A stretch of 63,930 nt of DNA, counting the filler, from Nemertoderma westbladi (taxonomy: Eukaryota > Animalia > Xenacoelomorpha): assembly GCA_032718475.1 (NCBI GenBank). It is 4 parts of 4 records of this genome, joined end to end, with 100 filler letters (N's around TTAATTAATTAA, not from the genome) between each part and the next. Parts side by side here need not be neighbours in the genome. Positions count along the whole stretch, not along the records: positions 29,944 to 40,570 come from JAUCBJ010008067.1; positions 40,671 to 60,955 come from JAUCBJ010003932.1; 2 more parts are not named here. The stretch is one strand, 5' to 3'. Position numbers and translations under genes: made by a program. The notes under the pieces were generated by a model. It was not told where the DNA came from. It did not search any database and worked only from the letters and a program-made list of their open reading frames with translations. Positions 36,601 through 47,858 of the stretch are shown here, in pieces. How positions within the stretch are numbered: the stretch's first letter is position 1; every line of letters starts with the position of its first letter.

Positions 36601-38138
36601 CTATCTACGTCCAATCGGTCCCACCCCCGTTCTGACACATATGGTAGGTAACCTTGTGTGTTGCACTATTGGTAAGTTCCAATAGCGTGAAGCTTCACCA
36701 AGTTTATTACGACTAAAAAACCCTATTTTTAGACTTTTCAGTAACCTTTTTGAATTTTTTCCATATTAGACTTTTTCAAACTTTATATTTTTTAGTATAA
36801 GAAAGCGACTAAAATAATAATTATATGTACTACCTTTTTGGTTACAATTTTTTGGATTGTATTAATTTTCGAGGCTATACTTTGGGACCCTGGGACCAAT
36901 CGGTCCCACCCCTGTTTGTACTCAGACGGTAACCTGATGTTATGCACTATTACCAAGTTCCAATAGCGTGAAGCTGCACCAAGTATTATTACGATTTTCC
37001 ATGACATTGAGACTTTTTTCATTACTGTGACTTTTCATTACTTTTCTAGACAAAATACGACTGTTCACGATTTTGTATTATTTTTTTTCAGTGTATTTTT
37101 AGCATAACGAAACGACTAAAAATACTGTATTTTTTCTGTAGATTTTGGACTATATTTTTTGAGGCTATACTATACTTTGGATCCTAACGGACCCAAAGCA
37201 CCCCTCATACGGTTTCTCTTTTTCCTCATCACAGAGGTGTTTCAATGGTGTTACGAAGCGTACTCTATTCTTATACAAGAAGGAATTAATATAACATCTG
37301 GAGAAAACAGAAATCACTGTGTTTTAGTACTATCTATAAAGGGTTGAGGATGTCCTTAAATAACAACTCATTGAAGGACCGTGTATTATTGCGAGCTATT
37401 TTCAAGTCAGTTTTCTCACCGAGAAACCAAAACAATAAACAAAGTGTATTAGCACTAGGAACTCTTTGAGATACAAAAAAAGCCGTTTAGGAGCTTTATC
37501 GTGCTGAAGGCACGATAAATCCTTTACATGAGTAATAAAAGGGGATATAAAAGTAATTTCGAGAAAAAAAGGGGACAGTAGATTAAAAAAAGGGGACAAA
37601 ATGAGCAAAAATAGGGGAGAAAATGAGCCAAAATATGGGAAATAAAAATAACTGCCATATTTTACCATCAGTAGTAATATGGAAACTTGGCTAAGTTAAT
37701 AAAACATCTTTAGAAAGCCGAAAGCCTATCATTGAGTAGCTGTAAGATACCAATTAATTGTTAGTATTACGAATTTCTACGACCATTTGTTTCTTCAATT
37801 CAATATATTGTATGTACACGAGACCATCCATCCATCCATCCTTTTTATTACAGGGTAATGAAATTATAGTACTGTGTATAGTTTAGAGCACATGTAATAA
37901 TATAATTTAAACAGAAAAGTATTGTAGCTGTTCACATCTACAGAGCAACATTAGTGGAAACCATGTGTTCAACATAACAAAAAGTATTTTATTTAATTAG
38001 TTATATTGTTTTTAGTGCTATTTCGGTATCACTCATTATCAACAATCATTTATTCCTACCTATAAATACAGTTTGTTTACATTTTTTAAATGGATCGATA
38101 ATAAAAAAACCAAATAAATCTATAATTTTTGGATAGTT

Positions 38139-38400
38139 ACTACTACTACTAGTATCGGCATGCTGCATTGCAGCTGCATTTTTAAGAATGCTGTGCCGGC
38201 TTGTCGACAAAATTGCGCCGCCACAACTCCCTATCACCCATGACATTTGCTAGATCATCCGCATCTTCAAGGCCAGTGTCCTTTAAGATGCGTCTCAAGA
38301 AAGCCATGGGCTGTCCACCATGCTTATTCACTCCATGAGGCTGCCAAAGTACAAGATTATGCACTGGCTGGTCCTCACGGCAAAAGCAATGTCCTGCAAA
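38139..38400 (-). mobile_element. RTE family A 3' fragment
   Basis: Matches 33830-34090, including the (TAG)n tail. Confidence 0.9.
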
Positions 38401-38640
38401 AAAAAAGCAAAAGCAAACAGTCGGCCGAAGCCGGAGGCGACCCGAAGGCTCCTCTTTCGATAGCTGCTACCCGAGGGTAGGGGTGGGCGCTACTCCTATC
38501 CCAATATTTGCTCCCAGTTAATTAACTGGTACTCATTTTATCGACCCCAGTACATGAAAGGCTGAGTGAGTGGACCCTGGCGGGGCTGAACCTACAACCA
38601 ATAGATTGCAGGCCCGGCGCGCAAACAAATGAGCTACCCC
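38401..38640 (-). mobile_element. tRNA-derived SINE with Deu/Nin-like central domain
   Basis: Minus strand: A-box-like GTAGCTCATTTG, B-box-like GGTTCAGCCC, then ACTCAGCCTTTCAT..GGGGTCGATAAAATGAGTACCAG, ending in a TTTGC/T-rich tail. Recognised from memory of the consensus. Confidence 0.7.
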
Positions 38641-39371
38641 GCCTTTCATGAGGCCCATCACCCCTATCTACTCTGGCGCACATGAACCACCATTGGCTGT
38701 GCAGCTCATCTGCTGGGTCATACCCTGTACCCCTTTTGCTAGGTGCAGGTCGCAGTGAAGTGCACTCAGAGTGGACATGAGAACACTCTACTCCTGACCA
38801 GCCATTGGTAGATCACCATCTGCCTGGTCAGGCCATATACTCCTGCAGCCAAGTATATGGGTCCTTAATCCCGGACCAAAGACGTCCTTATCCCAGAACG
38901 AAGGGGGTCCTAGTTACATGACCAGACGTGCCCTAGTAAGAGGGTCCACGCAGCTACAGGTGGCAAGTTTTCTTGATCAATACCTGACCTGACCAGGAGT
39001 TTTATAACTATCCATAATTTTTAGTTTTTAATGCAACATGGGTTTCAACCAACGATCAATTCGAATAGTTTAATTTCGAAAAGAAAACATTACATCTTGT
39101 TCTGGAATTGGTTCGTTCGTAATTCAGTTACACGACTTACCCCCCAAATCTTAATGAAAACAAATCTTTACTTTAAAACATAACATATTTAACCTCTCGA
39201 CTTTTTATTGAGTGGGTCAGGTTACCCTTCATCATCTATATTTTCAATCTTTCGTAAATCTGACGAAAAACATAAGTACATTATTATTAATGATTCATAT
39301 TTCATTAATATAATTTTAAATATATACATTATTTGTGACATCGATTTCATATACTTTTCAAAATCAAAGCA

Positions 39372-40537
39372 ATGTATCGTCGTTTAATTATTACATTTCT
39401 TTGTATTGCACTTTTATGGACTGACTCAGGGTGTAAATATAATAAAACGGTACCTCAGGAAGTCATGGAACATCTTGTGGAGTTAGTGGAATCAGCGGAG
39501 GGTAAAGGCAACATGTATCACAGACCAGGAGGTGACCAACCGCTTCATGTTGGAGTCAGTGTAGGAATATTTAACATTGCTAATATCAACGGAGCTTCTA
39601 TGACCTTTGACACTGTTATGTTCCTTCACTTGCAGTGGAAAGACGTGAGTTTATCATTCGGGGACAAATTCCCAGAATACAACAAATACATTACAATTCA
39701 TCCCAATTTCTTGAATAAGATTTGGACTCCCGATTTGTACATAAAGAACCAGTTTGAAGATGTTGGAACCCGAACGAGCACTTCGAGAAGGATGCAACTA
39801 TGGCCGGATGGGGTCATCTACGAATCATCAAGACTCAGCGTCAAAGTCAATTGCGAATTTAACCTGTATGATTTCCCCATGGACATACAGCTATGCCCAA
39901 TCATATTGACGAGTTATAGTTACCCAGAGAGTGAGGTCGTTTTCGAATTTGAGCGCCTTCGAGACAACATGACAGGCGCCTATGTTCTGGATGAAATATT
40001 CCTCTCGGAACACCATCCCATTACAATGCGATCCCATCCCATCCCATTACATGCGAACAAATATTCTTCAACAAGTCAATCGATTCAACTTCCATGGGTG
40101 TATTCTCTGAGATTAATGTTTATGTACGATTTGATCGTTTGTTGAGTTCTTATGTTATTGTCGTATTCATACCTTTAAATCTCATTGTTGTTATGTCTTG
40201 GGTCGCGTTTTGGGTTGACTATCGTTGTCTCCCTGCCCGAGGTGCCATCGGTGTCACGACTGTTCTCACCCTGCTAACACTTCATCTCAACATACACAGC
40301 CATCTTCCTAAAGTCTCGTATGTTAAAGCTTTGGATGTTTATTTCGATATCGGCCTGTTCTTTGTTTTCTCCGCAGTTATTGAGTTTACTATCATTTGCG
40401 CTTTGGACGAGAACCCAAAAATTACATTCCCTGTTAAAAATATCGATCGAGTGAGCCGGGTTGTTTTTCCATCATTATTCTTGTTGTGTAACATTGTTTA
40501 CTTTGCTATATTTAGCAATTACAAGGATTCCATGTAG
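39372..40537 (+). pseudogene. Intronless anion-selective Cys-loop ligand-gated channel subunit (GABA-A/GlyR-like), frameshifted; 379 aa if repaired
   Basis: Signal peptide, WTPDLY, Cys-loop CEFNLYDFPMDIQLC, M1 SWVAFW, PAR motif, M2 GVTTVLTL, PKVSYVKALD, M4 IDRVSRVVFP; the 26-bp insert at 40026-40051 shifts the frame. Confidence 0.9.
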
Positions 40538-40670
40538 TTTATTAACATAAACGTATAATTATTTTAAGGGNNNNNNNNNNNNNNNNNNNNNNNNNNNNNN
40601 NNNNNNNNNNNNNNTTAATTAATTAANNNNNNNNNNNNNNNNNNNNNNNNNNNNNNNNNNNNNNNNNNNN

Positions 40671-40748
40671 TCAGTGACAACACCAAACTGCAACGAGATT
40701 GTTCAGTGGACTGTATTCCATAAATATCTCAACATTGGAATGGATCAG
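40671..40748 (+). CDS. Alpha-carbonic anhydrase, penultimate exon (5' part lost in the gap)
   Basis: Translates SVTTPNCNEIVQWTVFHKYLNIGMDQ (GSLTTPxC..V.WTVF motif), followed by a GTAAG donor at 40749. Confidence 0.88.
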
Positions 40749-41690
40749 GTAAGAAATTATACAAGTACAAGTCAGAAATTATTGACATTCTCGGAACGTG
40801 GCTAATTGCAAACTGTGTGGATATGTAAAAAGTAACTTAACGGGGGGGGGGGGGGGGGGGGGGGGGTACGCCATCTTCGGACAACTCTTCGATTTATCAC
40901 TCTCAGCGTTTCAAATTGTTTTGGTTTTGGCTATAATTTGGAATATAGGTACCTAAGATGCTATTCTACATGACAGGTCAGAAAAATGTTATTTTTCGCT
41001 ATTTAATATTAGTTAACAATGAAAAAACTTGGTTGCGTTTAAAACCCTAAGGCTTTTACAGTTTTGAATCTAATCACATGAAAGTTTTTTTTAATTATAG
41101 AGCAAAGTTGGGGCAACATAACTACAGTATCAGGCGAAATTTTGTGAAAATAAGTCTGCACCGCTAGGTGGCGCTCCAAATTTATGCAAATTTTTTAGGT
41201 TTATTATAAATAATATTAATAATCTCATTTACAAAAAATTTCAAAAAGTTTGGAGATAATCGACCTTTCATTACATACTGTTGTAGTACAGTAGTAATTT
41301 CAATAGGTCTCCCTAAATGGAAATTGTTCATAACTTGAAAACTAAAAGAGCTATTAAATAGCGGTTTTCAGATTTGGAAACACCATTTTAATCTATTTAA
41401 GAGGAGGTTATGAATAAGTTTGTACATCGATTATTTAATAATACGTGATAAACGCAAAAATAATCGTAGAATAACGTTTAAATTTTCATATTAAATGTTA
41501 CGTTACATTACATTCGTAATTTAAATTTTCACAAGATTACTGGCTATTACCATTACATACTGTATGTCTCGTATTCGTGAAATACGCAATAATTTACAAT
41601 AATCAAATAAGTGTATTTGTCTGCCTACTGTATTTGTCATTTTATCGTTGTTAGTTTAAAATAAATTATCAGTAATTTTTTTATTCACAG

Positions 41691-41882
41691 TTGAAAGAAA
41701 TGCGCAAAGTTTCAGATAAAGACGGCGAACCACTGCCACTGAACTGGCGTCGACTGCAGTCACTCAACGGTCGTATAGTTGAAACCTCCGTAAGAAATGA
41801 TAACTCTAGCGGTGTACATATTACGCCAGTAAAGATGACTTACTTTGTTATCTGGGTTGTTATTATGGTCTGCACAATCTAA
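41691..41882 (+). CDS. Alpha-carbonic anhydrase, last exon, with hydrophobic (GPI-signal or TM) tail
   Basis: Acceptor TTTTTTATTCACAG; LKEMRK..GEPLPLNWRRLQSLNGRIV matches the CA C-terminal NWRPxQPLNGR motif; phase-0 join to 40748; ends YFVIWVVIMVCTI-stop. Confidence 0.85.
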   Translation: MKEMRKVSDKDGEPLPLNWRRLQSLNGRIVETSVRNDNSSGVHITPVKMTYFVIWVVIMVCTI

Positions 41883-42506
41883 GAATGATGTCACGTTAAC
41901 TTTGAATGGAATATCCAGAATGGCGCCGTTATTTTACAACTTTAATTTGAATTTTGGTGTTTGTAAATTTATTATTTTTCAAACTGTATCGACGGTATAT
42001 CTCTTTATTGGTGTGTCCTTAAATCGTGTGGATATTGTTCATTTATCCCATTCTAAATTAATGGCTCTGCTATTAATTAGTATAATATTTATTAAATTAA
42101 TTATCTTAATCCAGTGCATTCAATCACATAATGGAGGCATGTCGCTTATCGCAGCTTTCAAGGTAGATTGATTAAAAAGATTTTTTAATTATTATAATGT
42201 TATTATTATGGATATATTTATTTGGATTTAAGCATCGAATTGGCCTAGCCTACTATATTATTATTCTGAATTTATAATTACGCTCTTTTGTCGTTTGTTA
42301 ATGCTTACTTAATATTTGGCCCACCCCATATGGTTAACACGTATAACATAATGTTGCATAAATTAATGATCTTAGCTTTTAATTTCAAGTGGTCAATGGG
42401 ATGGCTTTAACTTTATATTGCAAGTTAAAGATTTAAAATTACCGTTGCTACTGATGTGGGAGCGGCGGTGGGGGTTGAAGTCTTGGAGTTCATTTGACAG
42501 TGGTAA

Positions 42507-42539
42507 CATGACCTACTATAACAGTTATAGTAGGTCATG
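42507..42539. mobile_element. 33-bp hairpin with 7-bp TSD; probable P-superfamily excision footprint
   Basis: CATGACCTACTATAAC-A-GTTATAGTAGGTCATG flanked by GTGGTAA at 42500-42506 and 42540-42546. Confidence 0.8.
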
Positions 42540-43425
42540 GTGGTAATATTGGTTAGTTTGAAAGGCAACCTACCAGTAGGCCCTACTACAATTTATTAAG
42601 TACAATGTTTCCCTCATTTGAAAACAATAGCATCTGATTGATTCTTAACACGAAGTGGGGCCTTCGCGCCGCACCTGACATAAATTATGTTAAACTGTCA
42701 ATCCGAAAGAATTATAAGCAAAATATAAGCAGATGCCTCCGAATCACTTTATCATCTAGAGGCAGACTGGATAATCTGCATGCAGTTAATTTAAGATTAA
42801 GACTAGAGTTAAAACAGATACCTGTATTTCCTAATCCCGCTGAAACAGAGACATACCTAGATAATTATTTTGAAAAATACCACAAACCAGACTCAGAGAT
42901 CAGCTTATTTTTGTACTTACTATAGCACTAGCAGGTACGCAGTCGCAGTGTATGGAACTAATAATTATTTTTCTATGATTGAATTCCAGTAATCCAACCA
43001 TTCAACCGTTACCCAATGGAAAGGAAAGCGCACATACAGTTTGGGGGGCTTTCCACATCCCATTCAACCATTACCCAATGTAATAAAATAAGCACATGTA
43101 GCCTCCAAACATCCCCATTACCATATCATAGGGCCTCCCTGCAAGTATAGACCTAGGCAGATAGGCCTGTTGCACCGGTATTTGGTTGATATTATACACT
43201 TTCAGTTTCGTTGAGTAGGTCTTCAAGTAATTTTATAATTTTAGTAATAATTAGTAGGTACTTATCAGATAAACATTATATATACAATATGTATTCTGAT
43301 ATTATTAATCTAAACTCAACAACAACACTTTCCGTTTGGTAATTACTTTCAGTTTAAGATATCAAAGTACACGCATGTATAACTTGTATGTAAGGGGATT
43401 AACAGACAGACAGCGGTATCGCAGT

Positions 43426-44658
43426 TTAGGAGTTTCTATTGTTAAAACGGTATTGAAGTCGGTAATTTACAGATTCCACCACCAGGAGCGGTGGAGAGTT
43501 GGTGTCTTTGTGAACGGAGAGTTTGTGATTCTTTAGATTCCCTTTTTGACTAAATTGTTTCTCACAAGAACCGCATTTATATTTCACACCTTTATGGACT
43601 GATAGAATGTGTCTCTTTAAATCCCCTTTTTGACTAAATTGTTTGTCACAAAATTCACAATTATATTTGATGCCTTTATGAATTGATTCCATGTGTTTCT
43701 TTAGATGTCCTTTGTAAGTAAATTGTTTCTCACAAGAACCACATTTACACTTGATACCTTTATGCACTGATTCCATGTGTCTCTTCAGATATCTTTTGTC
43801 ACTAAATTGTTTGTCACAAGAACTGCAATTATATTTGATACCTTTATGAATTGATTCCATGTGTTTCTTTAGATGTCCTTTTCGAGTAAATTGTTTCTCA
43901 CAAGAACCACATTTATACTTGATACCTTTATGCACTGATTCCATGTGTCTATTTAGACTCCCTTTGTCACTAAATTGTTTGTCACAAGAATTGCAATTAT
44001 ATTTGATACCTTTATGCACTGATTCCATGTGTATCTTTAGATGTCCTTTGTAAGTAAATTGTTTCTCACAAGAACCACATTTATACTTGATACCTTTATG
44101 CACTGATTCCATGTGTCTCTTCAGATATCTTTTGTCACTAAATTGTTTGTCACAAGACCCACAATTATACTTGATATCTTTATGCAATGATTGTTTGCGA
44201 TTCTTTAAATTTACTTTACGATTAATTCGCTTACCCTTGAGAACAGATTTAGCAATAACTTCACAAGCTGATAGTTTCTCAATACAGAAATCTTGTCTAA
44301 CAACTCGAGATTTATCTTTTGAAGTACCGCAAATAGGTTCCGCTTCTGATTTAAAACTGATAACGTTTATACCGCTGTTTGTGTTACCGGTACCGACTTG
44401 ATTATTAGAATATTGTTCATCTGTACAGAACTCTTGTTTAATATTTCGAGATTTATCTTCGCAAGTACCGCAAATAGGTTCCGCTTCCGATTTAAAACTG
44501 ATAACATTTATACCGCTGTTTGTGTCGATTTCTTTATTAACAGTTGGTGGAGCGACGCAGTTCTCTCGTTCCTCATCACCGGACTGAGAATCACTTTTAT
44601 CTGCCATGATACGATCCAGTAAATCCCAAGCAGCGTCACTCAAAGTATTCGAATACAT
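43426..44658 (-). CDS. C2H2 zinc-finger protein, 8 tandem fingers, single ORF of 410 aa
   Basis: 28-aa repeats YxCxxCxKQFxxKxxLxxHxxxxH with KG(I/V)K linkers. Confidence 0.9.
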   Translation of the reverse strand: MYSNTLSDAAWDLLDRIMADKSDSQSGDEERENCVAPPTVNKEIDTNSGINVISFKSEAEPICGTCEDKSRNIKQEFCTDEQYSNNQVGTGNTNSGINVISFKSEAEPICGTSKDKSRVVRQDFCIEKLSACEVIAKSVLKGKRINRKVNLKNRKQSLHKDIKYNCGSCDKQFSDKRYLKRHMESVHKGIKYKCGSCEKQFTYKGHLKIHMESVHKGIKYNCNSCDKQFSDKGSLNRHMESVHKGIKYKCGSCEKQFTRKGHLKKHMESIHKGIKYNCSSCDKQFSDKRYLKRHMESVHKGIKCKCGSCEKQFTYKGHLKKHMESIHKGIKYNCEFCDKQFSQKGDLKRHILSVHKGVKYKCGSCEKQFSQKGNLKNHKLSVHKDTNSPPLLVVESVNYRLQYRFNNRNS

Positions 44659-45214
44659 ATTTAATACAATTTGGACTAACTGACGTATAAATGTGACAGT
44701 CTAAATATTACCAATACAATTGAAATTAATGACACAAACCTCACCAGTTGGGGCCTTTAATACTTTCTGGGTTTGGCTGACTGTAATACTGAATGCAGCA
44801 GCTACAATGCTTAGGGGAGTGGAGCGCCTTATAAGTGGACGTGGGTATAGAATTCGGTACCAATTAGATCCAAATACAATAGATATAACTACGGTGGCCC
44901 ATAACTGTCACAGGATATAAAAAGGAACGGCAGAAATTAAAAAGCCACGGCAGAAATTAAAGAAGCTACGGCAGAAATTAAAAAGCCACGGCAGAAATTA
45001 AAGAAGCTACGGCAGAAATTAAAAAGCCATGGCAGAAATTAAAGAAGCTACGGCAGAAATTAAAAAGCCACGACAGAAATTAAAAAGCCACGGCAGAAAT
45101 TAAAGAAGCTACGGCAGAAATTAAAAAGCCACGGCAGAAATTAAAAAGCCATGATTATTACTATACATAATCATATCATTTCCGTGGGTATGTAACGTAC
45201 AGTAGGCCTACTGT

Positions 45215-47290
45215 ATGGAATCAGTCCTGGCTTCCTGCGTGACTGCAGCTCCGTAATCGCTGAGTCGGTGACCCATCTAGTAAACCTATCAATCTCATCA
45301 TCAACTTTTCCCACTACGTATAAGACTGCCAAAGTAAAGCCACTATTCAAACGCGATTGCAGATTGCAAAAGGGTAATTTCAGACCTGTGGCGCTCTTAG
45401 TCATTTTATCGAAAGTATTGGAACGAGTCGTGTTCATTCAGTTTGTCGAATTCTTGATTTTTCACAATATCCTCGATCAACTGCAATCAGGATTCCGCAA
45501 AAACTATTCTGTAGAGACATGCCTACTATTCATGAACAATTACATTAGAGAAGCAGTCGACAACGGGTTGGTGACGGGAGTTCTACTTATTGACTTACAA
45601 AAGGCCTTTGATACGGTCGATCATACAATCCTATTAGAGAAACTACGGTTAATTGGGTTCGACGCTTCAGCAGTGAATTGGTTCCGTTCTTATCTCTCAG
45701 ATCGAAAACAGCGCGTATTTATTGGGAATGTGTACTCCGCAGAGGCTTTAATAAAGGCTGGCGTTCCACAAGGTGCTCTTCTCGCAGTGCTACTGTTCCT
45801 CATATATGTTAATGACATGGATCTGGCAATTCTTCCCAGCCCGCCGCTATGTACATCCATTGGACCTCCAATAACTAAGCATACATCCACTACTGGAATC
45901 GTCATAGACTCAAATTGCATCTCACTGAAGCTCGCAGATGATGCCAATGTTCTCTATTCCCATAACAATGCAAATGTTATTTCTGCGGTTCTCTCATCGA
46001 AACTAAATAATATATTCATGTGGGCAACCGACAATAAACTATCACTAAACTTTGGAAAAACAAAGAGTATTCTGTTTGGGACCCACCAACGCGTGAATTC
46101 TGCAGAACCATTAGACATCGAGTGTGCGAGTAAAAAAATAGAACAACAAACGTCAGTGAAATATCTTGGCTGTATGTTGGAATCGTCTCTATCAGGAAAT
46201 CCTATGGCATCGAAGGTGATTAAACGAGGCAACTCGACTCTTCGTTTTCTTTATCGTAAGAGTGCCCTGCTTGATTATGAAACCAAACGGTTGTTATGTA
46301 ACACCCTGATTCAACCTCACTTAGACTTTGTTGCATCATGCTGGTATTCCAGTGCCAGCAAACAGCTAAAAAGCCAATTACATGCACTTCAACGAAAGTG
46401 CGTGCGATTTTGTCTGAGTTTACACCGGCGAGAGCACGTAACCGTCCAGCACTTCGCGGAGATGGCGTGGCTACCCTTAGACTACCGTATCGACCAAACT
46501 ATCGTCACCCATATGTATCGCATTACTCGAGAGCTTTCGCCGCCTTACCTGAGATCCCTCGTTACACTCAATACGGCCAACATCAATCTAAGAGGCAACA
46601 CGCACAGGGCCGTCGTCCCACGCCGTAAAACCGTATCAGGCACAGAGTGCTTCTCGTTTGCGGCGCCAAAACTCTGGAATAAGCTCCCTGATGACATCAA
46701 AAACAGTGTGTCACTAGAAAGCTTCAAACATAGCGTAAAAAAGTACTACTTCTTTAAACTACTATCAGGCGACAAATCAAACTATATTTATTTTTTTTAA
46801 AAACTTTTAGATAATTAACAATCATAGTAAATATTTACAAATAAACTCAGTCTCTTTACTGCTTCTAGATCATTATTTTTAGATATTTTAATTAAATCTT
46901 ACATTGTATTGCACTTTTCATATATTTTATTTTATTTATTTTATTTAATTAAATTTTTACTCTCATGCCGTATTTGATGAGCGCTAATTAATAGAATGAA
47001 TTTTAAATAGGACCCCCATGGAAACGAGGTATAACCTCATGGGGCTATCCTAGGTGCACCATATTATTTTTAAATAGTGTTACTGTGTTAACAGGTTAAC
47101 GTTATTTTTAATTTTGTTGTAAATGTTGTCAGAATGCTGGAACGTTATGCAGGGCCGATCATTAAGTATGTCTATTTATGCTGTCAATTTTAATATGTTT
47201 CGTAATTTTAATATGCTTTGTGTTCGTTTTACAGTAGGCACTATTACTATAATTTGGCGTCCAATAAAAAACTTCAACTTCAACTTCAAC
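45215..47290 (+). mobile_element. 5'-truncated L2/CR1-group LINE
   Basis: RT ORF, AT-rich 3' UTR with a stem-loop near 47013-47044, AATAAA and an (ACTTCA)n tail at 47263-47290. Confidence 0.85.
45268..46800 (+). CDS. LINE reverse transcriptase (open 510-aa segment)
   Basis: NFRPVALL, QSGFR, DLQKAFDTVDH, GVPQG, YVNDM, LADD, KYLG, APKLWNKLP. Confidence 0.88.
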   Translation: MTHLVNLSISSSTFPTTYKTAKVKPLFKRDCRLQKGNFRPVALLVILSKVLERVVFIQFVEFLIFHNILDQLQSGFRKNYSVETCLLFMNNYIREAVDNGLVTGVLLIDLQKAFDTVDHTILLEKLRLIGFDASAVNWFRSYLSDRKQRVFIGNVYSAEALIKAGVPQGALLAVLLFLIYVNDMDLAILPSPPLCTSIGPPITKHTSTTGIVIDSNCISLKLADDANVLYSHNNANVISAVLSSKLNNIFMWATDNKLSLNFGKTKSILFGTHQRVNSAEPLDIECASKKIEQQTSVKYLGCMLESSLSGNPMASKVIKRGNSTLRFLYRKSALLDYETKRLLCNTLIQPHLDFVASCWYSSASKQLKSQLHALQRKCVRFCLSLHRREHVTVQHFAEMAWLPLDYRIDQTIVTHMYRITRELSPPYLRSLVTLNTANINLRGNTHRAVVPRRKTVSGTECFSFAAPKLWNKLPDDIKNSVSLESFKHSVKKYYFFKLLSGDKSNYIYFF

Positions 47291-47412
47291 TGTCTGTATC
47301 ACAACCTACTACAGTAGTACTACAGTACATTCAGTATAACAATAATGTTAAGTCTTACGCAGACAGTACAACATACAGTATTAGTGGCAGACACTGCCCA
47401 TTGCAGTACAAT

Positions 47413-47664
47413 ATGCCTGGATGTTGTGAACTGATATCATTCTAATTTAATGCTGGGTTTTCGTACAACGATATCATCAATTTTTTGAGTTTATCAGGAA
47501 TTGAAATAAGCTACAGCACGCTTTTACGAAAACTTGCAGATTATGGATTGTCGAGAAGAAATCCCGTAACGCAATATTTGAAAGACGGTGTTTCGGAAAG
47601 GATAATGGAACTTCTTAATGGACCTGATTCTGCAGGGGGATATCGAACTGTGTGGCATACCCTA
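47413..47664 (+). pseudogene. N-terminal fragment of the IS3EU-like transposase (stop at 47443, truncated)
   Basis: MPGCCELISF*FNAGFSYNDIINFL..GIEISYSTLLRKLADYGLSRR..ELLNGPDSAGGYRTVWHTL: HTH plus GYR motif typical of IS3-related transposases. Confidence 0.65.
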
Positions 47665-47858
47665 ACTTTGGGGGTGGACCACCTTGTGCTAAACTGGTTG
47701 CAACAATTTGTCCGCAGGCACGGAAATAACCGTTCTGTACATTTAACATTGAATCCAGAGGGGATCCATTCGGGAACATTGTGTTGCCAATTTCTTCAAC
47801 AGTATTGGTTAGAAATTCTCTCGCCATAGCACCTGTATTAACAGCTACCGGTAAATGC
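47665..47858 (-). pseudogene. HECT-like (G2E3-type) E3 ligase fragment inside the transposon
   Basis: AVNTGAMAREFL...QNGYFRACGQIVATSLAQGGPPP resembles the HECT N-lobe motifs D.GG..REF and G...A.S..QGGP.P. Confidence 0.6.

Noticed and set aside
38560-38640. tRNA gene
   Set aside because: Degenerate boxes, no clean cloverleaf, and contiguous with a SINE body.
39372-41882. Channel gene nested in a carbonic anhydrase intron
   Set aside because: The two are separated by an artificial linker and no upstream CA exons were found, so nesting is unsupported.
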